This document shows positions 1 through 13,080 of a stretch of DNA of 64,000 nucleotides, in pieces. The notes under the pieces were generated by a model, which was not told the DNA's origin, ran no database searches, and saw nothing but the letters and a program-made list of their open reading frames with translations. The stretch is from Eledone cirrhosa (lineage: Eukaryota), in NCBI GenBank assembly GCA_964016885.1, contig OZ024740.1:125054001-125118000 (forward strand), written 5' to 3'. The position numbers and the translations under genes were made by a program. How positions within the stretch are numbered: the stretch's first letter is position 1; the number at the start of each line of letters is the position of its first letter.

Positions 1-729
1 ACTATCATCATCATATGATATATATTCATACCATATACTCTTATCAAGTCCAATGATTTACATATTAATAATAATTTCAAGTGCTTTAAAAATACAGGCA
101 TTGCCATTTTGCAACAACACACTTTAATTCAGCAAAGAAGAAAAGATGAGGCAAATTAGTTAGTTAAGTGCAAACAATAAGCATTTTAAGACCATTTCTT
201 TGCTAAAGCAGGGGCTAGCATTGCAGACACCACCACAAGCATCTATATTATTTGTATCTCCTCAACACCAATTTTCACTTCCTCTACTATCATCTTTAGC
301 CATGCCCATCTTGGTCTTCTACTTCCTTCCAAGTCCATTTATGTCACTTTTCTCACTCAGTCACATTTATCTTTCCTCAAAACATGACTAAACCATCTCA
401 TTTCAACATACATCACTGGTTTTATTCTCATCTTCCTCTTTACTTATTGTTTATTTCCCCTCTCATAGTGATTTCTCATTTCTATTACTTCCAGTCTTCT
501 CTTGGGTAGATAATGCATAATTTTATATTACAGGATTGTTTACTTCACCAGAAGCACCTTCATCCCTATATCATGAAGAACATCTTAGACAGTGAAACAC
601 TATATTAGAAAATATAATGTAAAAATCAATTTAAATTAGAATGAAATATAGTAGGAGTTGAAGCTGTTAGCTGGAATGTTGATACTCAAGAGAATAATGT
701 TCAGTAAATATATTGCAAAATATAAACAC

Positions 730-870
730 AATAATTGTTTCTACTTTTGGCACAAGGCCAACAATTACCCAATGCATTACTGGTACTTTATTTTATCAAC
801 CCAGCAGGATTTGAACTCAGAATGTATAGGGCCATAGCTATGCTGCAAATCATGGTGTCTGATGCTCTAA
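730..870 (-). mobile_element. tRNA-derived SINE family A, degenerate and internally deleted copy
   Basis: Matches the family A sequence (aataattgtttctacttttggcacaaggcc...ggatttgaactcag); flanked by direct repeat aacacaataat. Confidence 0.8.
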
Positions 871-910
871 CACAATAATGGAACCCTACTATAATAATAA
901 TAATAATAAT

Positions 911-1098
911 AATAATTGTTTCTACTTTTTGGCACAAGGCCAGCAATTACCCAGTACATAACTGGTACTTTATTTTATCGACCCCGTAAGGATGAAAGGC
1001 AAAGTCAACCTCGGCGGGATTTGAACTCAGACCGTAAAGGGACGTAACTATGCTGGAAAGCATGGCGTCTGACCCTCTACCGATACTGCCAATCCACC
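911..1098 (-). mobile_element. tRNA-derived SINE family A (octopus OK-like; Meta/MESC-like central domain), full length
   Basis: Minus strand has A-box TGGCAGTATCGG, B-box GAGTTCAAATCC, central GCCTTTCATCCTTACGGGGTCGATAAAATAAAGTACCAG and an (ATT)n tail; more than 10 copies in the window. Family naming is from memory. Confidence 0.9.
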
Positions 1099-1314
1099 GC
1101 CAGGGCCGTACATCTATGCTGAAAAGCATGGTGTCAGACGCTATACCAATTCTGCCAATCCACTACAAGAAGAAGAAGATATTAGAAAAATAATAGCGAA
1201 AACATTAATAAAAACGTATACTATTTTACTACTTGTCAATAAAACATGACGATAGACCCAATGGATTGGTGATTCATAGTAGTTGTGAATTAATTAGTGG
1301 AAATTTGCTTATTA

Positions 1315-1500
1315 AGCAGATAATTTTGTCCAGCCTGTGGGTGTGGAGACATTTGGTGGAGTTGGGCGGCAAAGGTCTTGTCATCATTGGCAGCTCACCT
1401 TTCTGAGGTGTCACATGATACCCATGAGGATGACTGGTTGTTTCAGTGACTTAGACTTGCCATCACCAGTGATAATGCTGCGAGTGTCTTAGCTTGCCTC
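1315..1500 (+). mobile_element. Relic C-terminus of a CRE-like (RLE) non-LTR retrotransposon
   Basis: Frameshifted translation FVQPVGVETFGGVG...SHDTHEDDWLFQ*LRLAITSDNAASVL resembles the CRE C-terminal motifs ETxGxxG...FLFQRLSxAxQRGNAASVL. Confidence 0.6.
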
Positions 1501-1627
1501 AAAATATTCTGTTAACCCTTGTGATGTGTGGCCACTTGATGGTCATTCTTGTTTTTGTTTCCCTATTTTGTTTCTTGTTCTGGTCATATATTTTGGTGAG
1601 GTTCCTAGCAATAGTAAATTGTATTCA

Positions 1628-1812
1628 GGATTGGCAGTATCGGTAGAGGGTCAGACGCCATGCTTTGACACATAGAGTTATGGCCCTTGCCATTCTGAGT
1701 TCAAATCCCGCCGAGATTAACTTTGCCTTTCATCCTTACGGGGTCAATAAAATAAAGTATCAGTAATGCACTGGGTAATTGCTGGCCTTGTGCTAAATGT
1801 AGAAACAATTAT
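1628..1812 (+). mobile_element. SINE family A
   Basis: ggattggcagtatcggtagagggtc...gagttcaaatccc...gtagaaacaattat. Confidence 0.9.
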
Positions 1813-1839
1813 ATGTGTATATATTTGTGTTTATGTGTT

Positions 1840-2104
1840 TAAGAAGGACATCCAGCTGTAGAAAACCAGCTCAAAAAGCACCCAACCCACATTGTAAAGT
1901 GGATGTGTAAAAGACACAGTAAAAAGCACCCAGCACACACTGTCAATGTGGTGAGCATTAGGAACGGCATCCAGCGTAGAAAACCAGCCAGAAATACTCC
2001 TATATGAGCAAGACACGGTCACCTGACCCAATTTGCCTCGAAATGGGACCCGTCTAACCCATGCTAGCATGGAAGATAGACGTTAATCGATAATGATGAT
2101 GATG
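1840..2104 (+). mobile_element. RTE LINE 3' UTR fragment with (GAT)n tail
   Basis: aaaagcacccagcacacactgt...cccatgctagcatggaag...gatgatgat matches the 3' ends of the RTE copies at 15.1-15.35 kb and 52.5-52.8 kb. Confidence 0.8.
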
Positions 2105-3119
2105 TTCATTCTGGAAGAATTGTGAATGTTATTTATACAATAAAATTATCACTGGTAAGTTACTGTTATAAATATGGTTCTGAATAAAGATTTTTACAAC
2201 TGCTGCTCTGTCTCATGATGTCTGAACTGATCTCTAATGTAGGGTGATTTTTTTTAGCAGTAACTGTTCAAAGCTGAACATATTTCATAGTCCCTAAAAG
2301 TATAGCAGTTTAAGCTGGAAGGAAAAAGGGGTGCTTAGTTAAAACTTGATTTATAAATAAGTTGTTAGTTTGGAGGTGAGATTGATACCACTAGGTTTAA
2401 CTATTCTGAAATTGTTTATATAAATAAGTACCAGCAATAAATCATGGTATTATTACTTAATTATTATTTATATTAGAGCAAAGCTGGCTTTTTGTCTTAT
2501 CAAAAGTATAACCATATAGTGAACTTTTCTATCAAATTGTTAAAATATTCATATTAAAACTTCAAGAAAAAAACAAAACAATTTCTAACAATTTGATAAA
2601 ATAAATATAAAATTTTAATGATGTTAGGATCATCTCATTTTGTAAAACTTTTCCACTTTAAAAAAATGAGTTACTGGTATTTTACAAACATTGACTAAAT
2701 AGGATATTATATATTTTCACCAATATTTTTTTTTCTCTTATCACACTGAAATAATGCTAGCCAAGAAAATAAATATATCAGATAACATTATCTACTGAAT
2801 ATTATATTCATAATTTGAAAATTATAATTCGCTTTTCCTTTCGGTTTTTTTTTCCTTGATAAATTGGATCCAAACGATCATAATGAATTCCTAGAAGGCT
2901 TTTTCAATATTCCTAATTGGTCTATATATTTTGTTTCTAATATAGTATGGAAAGGATAAACTCCTTACCTGTTTGCATTAAAGGGGTGAGTTGAAAGGGA
3001 AATTACTAAACTTGCACCAGTAATTAATTTGAACTATCAATATTGAGCTTCTGTTAATTAAAAACATTTTGATGCATCCTATAATGAAGAAGCTTTTCTC
3101 TATATCATAAATATAATGG

Positions 3120-3350
3120 AGGAGCAGAAATAGTACAACATTGAACAAAATGCTTTGTGATATGTAGCTTCATCTCTCAGTGTTCTTTGTTCACATCTTA
3201 CCAAACTCAAACTATTTTCAAAGTTATACAGACTTATAGTGATATCTGTTGGAAAAAGGTCAGTTGAAAATGAGTACTAGTAATGTACTTAGGTTGACTC
3301 AAATGACTATACTCTCCCACTACAAAAATGCCTTTATTCTTAAGTCAAGA
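3120..3350 (+). mobile_element. Old degenerate family A-like SINE
   Basis: Residual head (ggagcagaaat...aaatgctttgtgatatgtag) and tail (tgcctttattcttaagtcaagaac) similarity. Confidence 0.35.
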
Positions 3351-3501
3351 ACGTATTTTATAGGTTGACATGGTAGAATAGCTGCTAAACCTCCTTCAAT
3401 ATACATCCTACTATCTTAAATAAAGGAAGAATACCTTGTATAATGAAGTCGTAAATACATTATGATTGAAAATAAGATAAGTAAATTACAGCTGTAATTA
3501 G

Positions 3502-3555
<54 letters not shown>

Positions 3556-6059
3556 TGTGTGTGTGTGTGGGTGGGTGTGTATATGTGTATATACAGAAGG
3601 AAAGCATGGAATATTTGCTTTTTGTACATTGTCACATATACGCTAGTTGAATGATTAATTCTGGATACATCTCTATAGGTTATATACAGTGTTACAAGAG
3701 TGTATTCAATACATCAAAGCTGAATGAGATTTAATGGAATCCTAAAACTTCCATTCACAGGCTCACATACTCCTAAGAATTTCTTTAACTAGAAAAAGTT
3801 ATTTTAGAACAAGACTAAATATATATTTTTATATAAAATTAATTAACTCATTTGCTCTATGGTGTGTTAAGTAATTTTAGTTCTGAGTTGTTAAAGATGT
3901 TAATTAGTTTCACTTTCTTATTTTCTTATTTATTTATGTGTTATTTCTTCATGATTGAACATAGTTTTGTAACTTTGGCTGTTTGTATTGGAATTAGTGG
4001 AGCATGAACTTTTACTCTTCTTAATTTTAAGCAGTCGACTGTATATTTGTTTAGTTTCAGCTAGACAGACTGAAGCAAATAGAGAGATATACCTCAGAAG
4101 AGTTTCAGGTCTGGTCAAGCAGAGCTGATTGGAGCTACTCAATAATAGCACCAACAACAATAACAACATCAACAACGTAATAGGGTTGAAATCTATCTAT
4201 GATTAATAATGGCAATAAAATTTAGTAGAAGTAAAAGCCTAGCTATAAATCACAATTTATAACATTGTTTTGTCTCGGTGCCTCCTATATCAAAGACAGA
4301 AGACAATGCATTGCAAATCAAGGTGGTGACAATTGACAGTTAAAACAATGACACCATCACTGCTATGATACTAAACTTTATGTCCAGTATCATTATAAGC
4401 TTATCATTAGCAGTATAACACGTGTGGAAGTTGCTGAATAATCAACCAACACATATTTCAAATTTCTCTTAGCTTTAACAATACTGATTTAGTTTGCAAT
4501 TATGTGGCTATGTTGATCTTCAAATTCAAGATATTGATGTCTAAACAGAGATTTAAATGCAAAATTTATACCAGGTGTTTAATATTTCCTTATGAAGTAT
4601 ATTCTTTAAGAAATTTATATTATCCAATTAAATATAATAAAATAACTATACAAATGTAGAAACATAATAAATGTTCTGAAGTCAAACAAAATATTTATAC
4701 ATACAAATAACAAGCCAAATTATAGAATATTATTTAATTTACAAATTTTGTAAACATTAATACTGTTAAATCAAATAAATATTGATAAATGCCAATCCAT
4801 TACATTTCAATCGTTTGGTATTATTTATTAAAGTTTAAAATATGGTGAGCATTATGGAATAAGATTTTCTTGCATCAAAGCTGCAACCTACTTTATATTT
4901 CTGGCTGAGGCTATTTTCTTTTCTCTTTTTAAAAATTAAACATTTCATATTATTCTTTTACATTCCCGTTTCCACCCACCCCGATCCTTCATCATCTAGT
5001 ACAAATAATAGTGACAAACCTGCCAACCTTATTGCAGTGTATCCCAATAAATTTTGATATGGTTTTTACAGCTGGTTGACTCTCCTAACACAAACCATTT
5101 AAAATACTTTTGCTAAAAGAAATAATGTCACTAAGTAAATGTTAATATTGAAGTCACCTATAATCAAATATCATACGTACATGCACATACTTGTGCATTT
5201 TGTTTCCTCCAGTGCATATATCAGATAGATGACTCACCTCTCCCAGTATAATGCTTATACTTTATAAAGTGAAAATAAAAATATTAAAAATTAAGAGATG
5301 TTATTACAAAATTATTGAAAAGCTACAGCTCCTGAGGTAGCTCATAGAGAAAGTGTTCTAATCTATCATTGCATTATACCACATATCTACTACCGGATTA
5401 GGCTAGTCTGAAAAATGTTAGAGTAGCCAAACCTAATATACCACATTATCATAGGTCTGCTTAAGCCAAGCTAACTGGGGACTATTGAAACAACAAATGA
5501 GAGAATCAATAAACACTTCTAGAAGAAAAATGTGCTTAGTGATTCTTCTCATAGAGTATTAGGCCACCTTCAGGTACAGTTACAGTTCTGATATGGAGCC
5601 CAATAAAGTTAGCCCAATCTGCAAAGATGACCATTTTCTCATAAATTTTAAACTCACATTTCAATGAGGTGTGAACTCATGGAGAGGCATGTAATATTTA
5701 CAGGTAATATTTACCTGAACGAAAGAAATATCCAGGAAAAGTATCATATAACAAAGAATTAAAAGTAATTACTTATGATTTAAGTCATTTATATTTTGAA
5801 ACTTTATATAACAAATGGTTGTTCAACTAGCTAATTTTCAATTAATGTAGAATCTATATTTATATTGATCTGTATATCAATTTAAGATTATATGCCACTG
5901 CGAGAGATAAAATAAATGCTATGTTACCAATGAAAGTAAGAACAGAGTTGAGCAATTTAGTGGAATATTTGATACAAAAATTCTGTGATTAATGTGTTTG
6001 AGTATATATCCTATTAAATTTTTTTTAAATGATTCTTCAAAAACAAAACCAGGTTATCC

Positions 6060-6720
6060 ACATTAGATGATAGGAGGCAGGATACTGCAGCAATGAGTCA
6101 GAAAAAACTATTTGCTTGCATGTTACATTTTGTTTTGGACTGTCAGAGAACCAGTAAAATAATTTTTTTTCCCAAAGCATACAATGCTCCATAGAAGAGG
6201 TTGATAGTTTCTCTAACATGCTATTCAGCAGTATATGAAGGTGCACTGAACACGTACTAGTTAAAATAAGAATAAAAAGTGTTCAAGGGCTATTACTCCT
6301 GTAAGCCACAAAGGTAGATTATATGATGCTTGTGTATAAATCAGCAAGACATGGGCAATGAATGTGAAGGATATAAAGGCTTGAAAGAAAGCAGGCTGCT
6401 TTGTTGGACATGCAATTTTAGTGTATATGAACAATGAATCACAGATGAGTTAAAGAAAACGAGTATACGAGAGAGAAATTGGATTTTACATGCAAGAGAA
6501 AAGACTCTACTGGTATAGACATGTAACACATATAGATGATGATTGTTGAGAAAAGAAGCACCAAGAGATCCAAGTAGAAGGAACCTGTGGAAGAGGTAGA
6601 CATGGACCAAAGTGGTGAAAGCTGATCACAGTGTACTGAACCTGACAATGAAGATGACAAAGAAACACAAGTGGTGAAATGCTGCCTTCGAGAGGACCCA
6701 TCCAAACAATGCAAGCATAG
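6060..6720 (+). mobile_element. Highly degenerate RTE LINE, 3' part of ORF
   Basis: Remnants IEEVDSF, KGRLYDACV, TWA, LER, LxWYxHV, CGRGR in broken frames. Confidence 0.7.
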
Positions 6721-7244
6721 AAACTCAGATGTATTGATATTAATGATGATATTGGCATAAGTCAGTTCCTTTCAGAGTATAGTGTATGATTAAGTGTAAT
6801 TAAAACATAAACTTGTTTTAGCCTCGAATTGATAGGATTCCTTATCACACATTCTACTATTCTGCAACACATTTCATTTGGATATAATTACCTATCTCAA
6901 TAACTAATAAAATAATAAAAATAGTGTAGTTAATATGAAACATTGGGAAATATGTAATAAATTACTGTTAAGTTTCAAAAAGCTGGTCTAATATGGAAGA
7001 AATATACAAAGGACAAAGGATACAAATAAAACAAAACAAAGTAATATTTTTACCCAGTATATTTCAACATGATATGTCAAGGTTAATACCCACTATTCAA
7101 ATGGGAAATGGAAACAGTTCAAAATAAAACGAACAATCAATATGTTCTTACTTAACTGGTCTACATGTCTGAAATACACATGTGTGGAATCCTAATAAAA
7201 ATGTTTTTAAAATATAAGAAAGAAAAAAGAATGCAGAATGAAGC

Positions 7245-7400
7245 AAATCTTAACTGGTAACTGGAATGTTACAGCCCTTACAGGTAAGGAGAAGGAACAA
7301 GGGTTTCCTCAACAATATTGATTGGCTCTGCTACTGAAGATTTGGATAGAAGATAGAAACTTCACTATTCAGGTGTGGGGTGCGCGTGCAACAGGAAGTG
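7245..7400 (+). mobile_element. Degenerate APE endonuclease N-terminus of an RTE-type LINE
   Basis: GNWNVTALTGKEKE...KLHYSGV resembles the RTE GTWNV motif. Confidence 0.45.
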
Positions 7401-7669
7401 GTCAGAGGGTCAAGGCAGGGTGAAGAGATAGCAGTAAGGAGGATGACAGGTAAAGAAAGGGTCTGTATGTGGTGTGGACTGTGTGTCTGTGTGTGTGATG
7501 GTGCGGTGGACAGGGGAGAGGATGGGTAGGTGTGAAAGGTGGAGGGAGAAGGCGGTGGTGTGTGGGGGGGATGGTGTGTATATTAGTGGACGTGTTAGTG
7601 GGATGTGTGTGAGGAGGTGTAGGTGGAGCAGGGAGAGAAAGGGTGTTGGGAACGTGGTCTTGGAGGTGT

Positions 7670-7917
7670 CATGACAAAAATTACCCAGCCCACACTTTAA
7701 TGTGGTCGTGTAGGCAACACAGTACAAAAGAACCCAGTACTCATTCGAAATGAGGTTGGTATTAGAAAGGGCACTCAGCTGAAGAAATCAAGCCAAAATC
7801 AGTTCTGTATAAGCAAGACATGGTCACCCAACCTGGCATTACCCACAACAGGACAACCCATCTAACCCATGCTAGCGTGGAAGAATGGACATAAAATGGT
7901 GATGATGATGATGATGA
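7670..7917 (+). mobile_element. RTE 3' UTR fragment with (GAT)n tail
   Basis: Matches the family 1 RTE 3' UTR (caggacaacccatctaacccatgctagcgtggaag...gatgatg). Confidence 0.8.
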
Positions 7918-7934
7918 CATACATATATAATCTC

Positions 7935-8165
7935 ACAATCATCATGTTGTGAATTCCTGGACAAGGAATGTGTTGTGTCTTTGAGTGAGACACTTTATTT
8001 CATGTTACTTCAGTATACTCAGCTCAAAAATGAACTGCAGCATCACTGGTGCCAAGGTGCATCGGCCTTTGCCTGCCCCTTGGAGGGGAGGTTGTATGTG
8101 TGGGCAACTACTGGTCTTCCACAAAAAAAAAACCTTCAAACTTTCTGCTGAAGGGAATCTCTAGG
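7935..8165 (+). mobile_element. Degenerate CORE-type SINE
   Basis: gtgttgtgtctttgagtgagacactttatttcatgttacttcagtatactcagct resembles the CORE domain of SINE family B. Confidence 0.6.
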
Positions 8166-8489
8166 TATATATACATTTATCTCAGGTTGCACATGAGCAT
8201 TTTACCATCAATTTTATCATCGATTTTCCCTTTGTGTTTTTGTTTGTTGGTTTTTTAGGGGGGGGGGGGGGTCACATATTTCCTCACCATATATTTGCAT
8301 ATATACAGAAATTCAATTTATTTAAAGAGTTTAAAAGAAAAAAAAAATAATCTAAGACAAACTGATAGAAAGATAAAAATAAAATAGATGAAATAATATT
8401 TTAGAATAATGATGATTTAGAGATATCTTAATAAAGTGGAATTTACAGTCAAGTTAATTTAAATGCTGTCAACTAGTACTTTTAAAGGT

Positions 8490-8685
8490 AATAATTGTTT
8501 CTACTTTAGGCACAAGGCCAACAATTACCCCAGTGCATTACTGGTACTTTATTTAACGACCCCATCGACCCCGTAAGGATGAAAGGCAAAGTCAACCTCG
8601 GCGGGATTTGAACTCAGATCGTAAAGGGACATAACTATGCTGGAAAGCATGGCGTCCGACCCTCTACTGATACTGCCAATCCACC
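8490..8685 (-). mobile_element. SINE family A
   Basis: Full-length match to the family, with a short internal duplication (cgacccc). Confidence 0.9.
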
Positions 8686-9319
8686 AATGGGGGTATGTTA
8701 GAAAAGCTGTAAAAGATGTAGTTAATGGAATTGAAATGATTACATAAAACAAGATAAAGTGAGTTAAGCTTCTATAAACAGTTAAGTGATGATAGATTCT
8801 AATATATTTGTAAATTGTGTATGGCAGAGAGACATTTGATGGAAAAGTAAGAGAAATAGATAAATGTAATAAACAACATGAAACATTATAAAATATTGTA
8901 AAACATTTAGTTGGGATGTAACTGGAGGATACAAATAACAAAAATTATTCCAGAATCTATTTAGAAGAGGAGAACTAATTAAGTTAGGAATAATACACCA
9001 ATACAATAGCTGCAACTTGATGATATTTGTTGCCACCATACACTGGTAGAGTGACAACAAATGCCATATGCTGGTTGCTGTTATGCTGAGTGTCTTTGGG
9101 TAGGGTTTTGAAAAACATGACTGGTTTTAGATTATGTCATTTGAAGTATGTGTCTGTTGGGTGGAGTTCAGTGTAGTTTTATTAATAGTATTTTCTTGAG
9201 TTTCGTGGATAGTGTTGGTTTGGTGTAGATTTGTTTGCATTGTTCATAGTTATATATATAAAGGTGATGATTTAAATAAATATATTGGTGACATAAATGA
9301 TAAACATTCCCTGTACACT

Positions 9320-9850
9320 CTGTAAAGTGATCATTGGTAGGAAGGGTCTCCAGCTCTAGAAAACATGCCAAAAAAAGGAGCAGAAAAACTCATCAGCTGT
9401 GTCAAAGACATGACAATCCCTCTACTGCTAGAGAGTGAAAAGCAAATTATATGACACATGTGTTTGAATTGCATTGCTGCATGGCAATGAGATGTGGGCC
9501 TGAGTGCAGAAAATTTAAAGTGGGTAAAAAGAAATGAGGCATGCATGCTTTTTTGAATGTGTAATGACAGTGTGCATGATAACTAGAGCTCCAGTAAACT
9601 GAGAAAATGATTGCAGCATTGAAAAAAGACGATTATGCTTGTATAGGCATATGATGCAAAAGGTGAGCAAAAGTTATATAAAAACTAAAGTGCTGTGCAC
9701 TTAAGGTCGATGGAACCTGTGGAAAATGGAGACCATGGAAAACAGTGGACGAAGTTGTGAAGAATGATCTTAAGAACAGCACCTACAAAGGAGATGGCAC
9801 AGGACTGAGCTGACTGATGATAAAAGACCTATCAATCAGTACAAGCACTG
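9320..9850 (+). mobile_element. Degenerate RTE LINE 3' ORF fragment
   Basis: LHGNEMWAL...ERNEACML...LYRHM...VDGTCGKWRPWKT remnants. Confidence 0.7.
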
Positions 9851-10863
9851 TGACACTAAAAGTAAACATAGTGACAGATCAGAAGTGCATGGCAATTGAA
9901 ATCACATGTAGATAATATAAGTCTAACATATGACAACATCTTTAGTGCTGATGCCACAATAAATTGCACCGAATTTAACTTGTAAACTGTCAGTCTCCAT
10001 ACCCTGATAATATCCATAAAGTGGGGGAGGTGGTGTCATGAATACATTTAGCACATCCTGTAAGATGGTTGCTGTTAGGATGGGCAACCAGTCATATATA
10101 CCTTTCCAAATATGGAATGTAAAGAAATTGTCATTTTGCTCATCTGTCAGATTTGATTGTGATGTATATGCAGAAATTACTGATCATCATGTGTGTACAA
10201 TTTTGTGATGTGCTTCAATTTTGCTGATGAAAACAAGCAATGTATTTTATGTTTATGGTGTTACTGTAAATCATTTTCAGATTATGTCTGTTAAAAAGAT
10301 TCATAAATTTATTGTTAGCATTGGAGTTTTTATTTGTCTATAAAGGGTAGAAAGTTTTTTTATGTATTAAATTTAGTTTTAAGTAAAAAATACATATTAA
10401 TTATATATTTTGTCACTTCTTTGTCGGAGGAATAAGGGGTGTTGGTAATTTCCTGTCGAATACATTAACTAATAAAACATTCCTATAATGCATTTCTAAG
10501 AAGCTGCCTTATCAAATAATTCCTTGTGTTAGTGTATTTTATTATCATTACATAAAATTCATGCAAAAGACAAATACATGTGGAAAAATTGAGATATCGA
10601 AACCTAAGTCTGACTGACAGTATTAAGAAGTATCAGATTTCTCAGGAGAGTTATATAACCATACATTTTAATCATTATCTGTAAAGCTTAGGCAGATAAC
10701 AACACATATCGCCATCATCAGGGAAGATTATAGTGATAATATGAACCCATATTTTTCCAAGAATGTGTTAATTATTTGGAGTGGAGACATCTCATATTCA
10801 GAGCTTGGTATGATATACATATACATGTATATACACTTATATATACACCCAAGCACACACACA

Positions 10864-11515
10864 AGCTGATTTTCCGATACTCGATTATTCTATTATATTT
10901 AGCTCTAGACATAGCTATTGACCAGTTAATTTTATTGATAATTTTTTTTGTCGATTCTATTGAATGATGAATAGCTCCTGTTTATTTTAACATGTTTATT
11001 GAGCACTCTGATTCGATATGTGATATTTTGTACCCCCACATGATTCCCACATTACTGAAAATTTTTCGCTAATATAGAGGTTATCTCCCTTGCTGGGCAC
11101 CATGTGCGTGTCTGGCTAAAGGTCACTTCTTTATTTTCGGACGCAACCCGTTGATAAAGCTCTTCCGGTCCCGTCCTTCCCTAGAAGTCTTATATATTTT
11201 TTATGTGGGCTGATAGTGAACGGATTAAGGATTTGCAGAAACCTAAGAAGCTAGATTTAACACCCTTCTAGCGGGTCCGGGTAAGTTTTTTACATTCATT
11301 TAATTTATTGATTTATTGATATTTTATTTGAGTGACCCGAATCCTCCTGATCGTTCTTTTTCGGCTGCGCGGGTGATTTTAGGCATAATCTTTATGTTTT
11401 GGTAATTTAACGATAGTTATAGCTCTGATTCATCCAAATTATTGAGCCCTCTGCCTCTCATATCGGATTTATTTATCGTTAATTCGTGAGCTGATTTTCC
11501 GATACTCGATTATTC

Positions 11516-11523
<8 letters not shown>
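10864..11523. mobile_element. ~625-bp non-coding unit with a 35-bp terminal direct repeat, ending in (TA)n (probable PLE-derived non-autonomous element)
   Basis: agctgattttccgatactcgattattctattatat at 10864-10898 and 11489-11523. Confidence 0.55.
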
Positions 11524-11574
<51 letters not shown>

Positions 11575-11578
<4 letters not shown>

Positions 11579-11694
11579 AATGAGCAGGACCCCGACGGCT
11601 GAGCTCAAGCCGTTTCGACGGCTAATTCTGGACGCGTCCAGATTTAGCCATCGAAACGGCTTGAGCTCAGCGTCGGGGTCCTACTCGTTCCTAT
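11575..11694. repeat. ~120-bp near-perfect GC-rich palindrome
   Basis: taggaatgagcaggaccccgacggctgagctcaagccgtttcg...ctggacg|cgtccag...cgaaacggcttgagctcagcgtcggggtcctactcgttccta; centre 11634/11635. Confidence 0.95.
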
Positions 11695-11792
11695 TACCCA
11701 CTCTACAACCCTAAGTATTGAGTACTTTGGTGCGTTATGGTCCATCTGGTTCCTTACACTTTTCCTTCGTTATATATATATATATATACACA

Positions 11793-11840
<48 letters not shown>

Positions 11841-11848
11841 TATATACA

Positions 11849-11890
<42 letters not shown>

Positions 11891-11898
11891 TATATACA

Positions 11899-11959
<61 letters not shown>

Positions 11960-12036
11960 ATATATATATATATGTATATATATCCCAAAACTAATCAGAT
12001 CAGAGCAAACAGCACGGACACTCTATCTCAAAATTA

Positions 12037-12073
12037 TTTTTGAAAAGCATTTAGAAATGCGCAACCGGTAAAA
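12037..12073 (+). ncRNA. Minimal type-I hammerhead-like motif, U3-A8 variant, probably inactive (GCAA instead of GAAA)
   Basis: ttt-TTGAAAA-gcattt ag aaatgc-GCAA-ccgg-TA-aaa. Confidence 0.5.
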
Positions 12074-12199
12074 ACTTAAAAACTTAAAACCACAACTGAA
12101 TACTAACCCATACAATCACTAATACTCTTTTATTCCTAATTAAACCATTTTTCAACTGTGAACAATTTGTCAGCATTTTCTATTCCGTTTACCAATATA

Positions 12200-12238
<39 letters not shown>

Positions 12239-12302
12239 CAAAATTTCATTTCTCACTCTTCATATACATACTTATATTTATATATATACTGTTCTTATAT
12301 TT

Positions 12303-12670
12303 ATACTGTTCTCTAGTGGGGGTGTTTTTACTACGATGTTTATATCATCAATATAGCGGGAGTACATTATCAGGGTTAAGAGGTTGCTGTCTTCTAATTG
12401 TTCTTTATCTTTAAGTTTAAGTTTATTGTCCCACCATACCATGAATAGGTTAGCTATGTCACCTGCAATGCTAACACCAATGGCTGCTCCGTCCTCTTGG
12501 GCATATGTTTTTCCATTAAATTTGAACATATGTTCCTTAAGGGTTAATTAACCAACCAAGCGGAAATTTATAAATTCCTAAATTTATAAATTTAATTTAT
12601 AATAAATTGAAGTGAAAGCAACTGGTGCATGTGTTTCTTATTGGCAACGTGACCCTCCCAAAGCATAACA

Positions 12671-12672
<2 letters not shown>
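12303..12672 (-). mobile_element. PLE family 1 fragment: RT core plus inverted pLTR tail
   Basis: ORF 12278-12529 GAAIGVSIAGDIANLFM...YSRYIDD; joined at ~12548 to an inverted copy of the terminal sequence seen at 15543-15650. Confidence 0.9.
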
Positions 12673-12742
<70 letters not shown>

Positions 12743-12755
12743 TATATATATAGAG

Positions 12756-13080
12756 AGAGAATTAGTACATTTACCAACATATGTGTACAGATGTTCACCT
12801 ATGCGAGCAAATATATATGTTATGTCTTAGTACCTTTGTGGTTCTATGCAGGGGGTTGCAGAACAATTATATGAAAGACGTAAAATAAGTAAATTTTAAA
12901 AATTAAAATTTTAGTAAGTAAGTTGATTTTTAATTTTTTAAATTTTCTTATTTTACGTCTTTCATATAATTGTTCTGCATCCCCCTGCATAGAACCACAA
13001 AGGTACTAAGACATAACATATATATTTGCTAGCATAGGTTAACATCTGTACACATATGTTGGTAAATGTACTAATTCTCT
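12756..13080. repeat. ~325-bp inverted repeat (155-bp arms)
   Basis: 12756-12909 is the near-perfect reverse complement of 12927-13080. Confidence 0.95.

Noticed and set aside
911-1098. tRNA gene calls at SINE heads
   Set aside because: A/B boxes belong to dispersed SINEs with TSDs; no full cloverleaf
7400-7670. G/T-rich tract with ORFs on both strands
   Set aside because: Low-complexity degenerate repeat next to an RTE tail
11145-11280. acccgTTGATAA...GAAA...cgggt as a hammerhead
   Set aside because: No closing helix II and no NUH triplet at the required position
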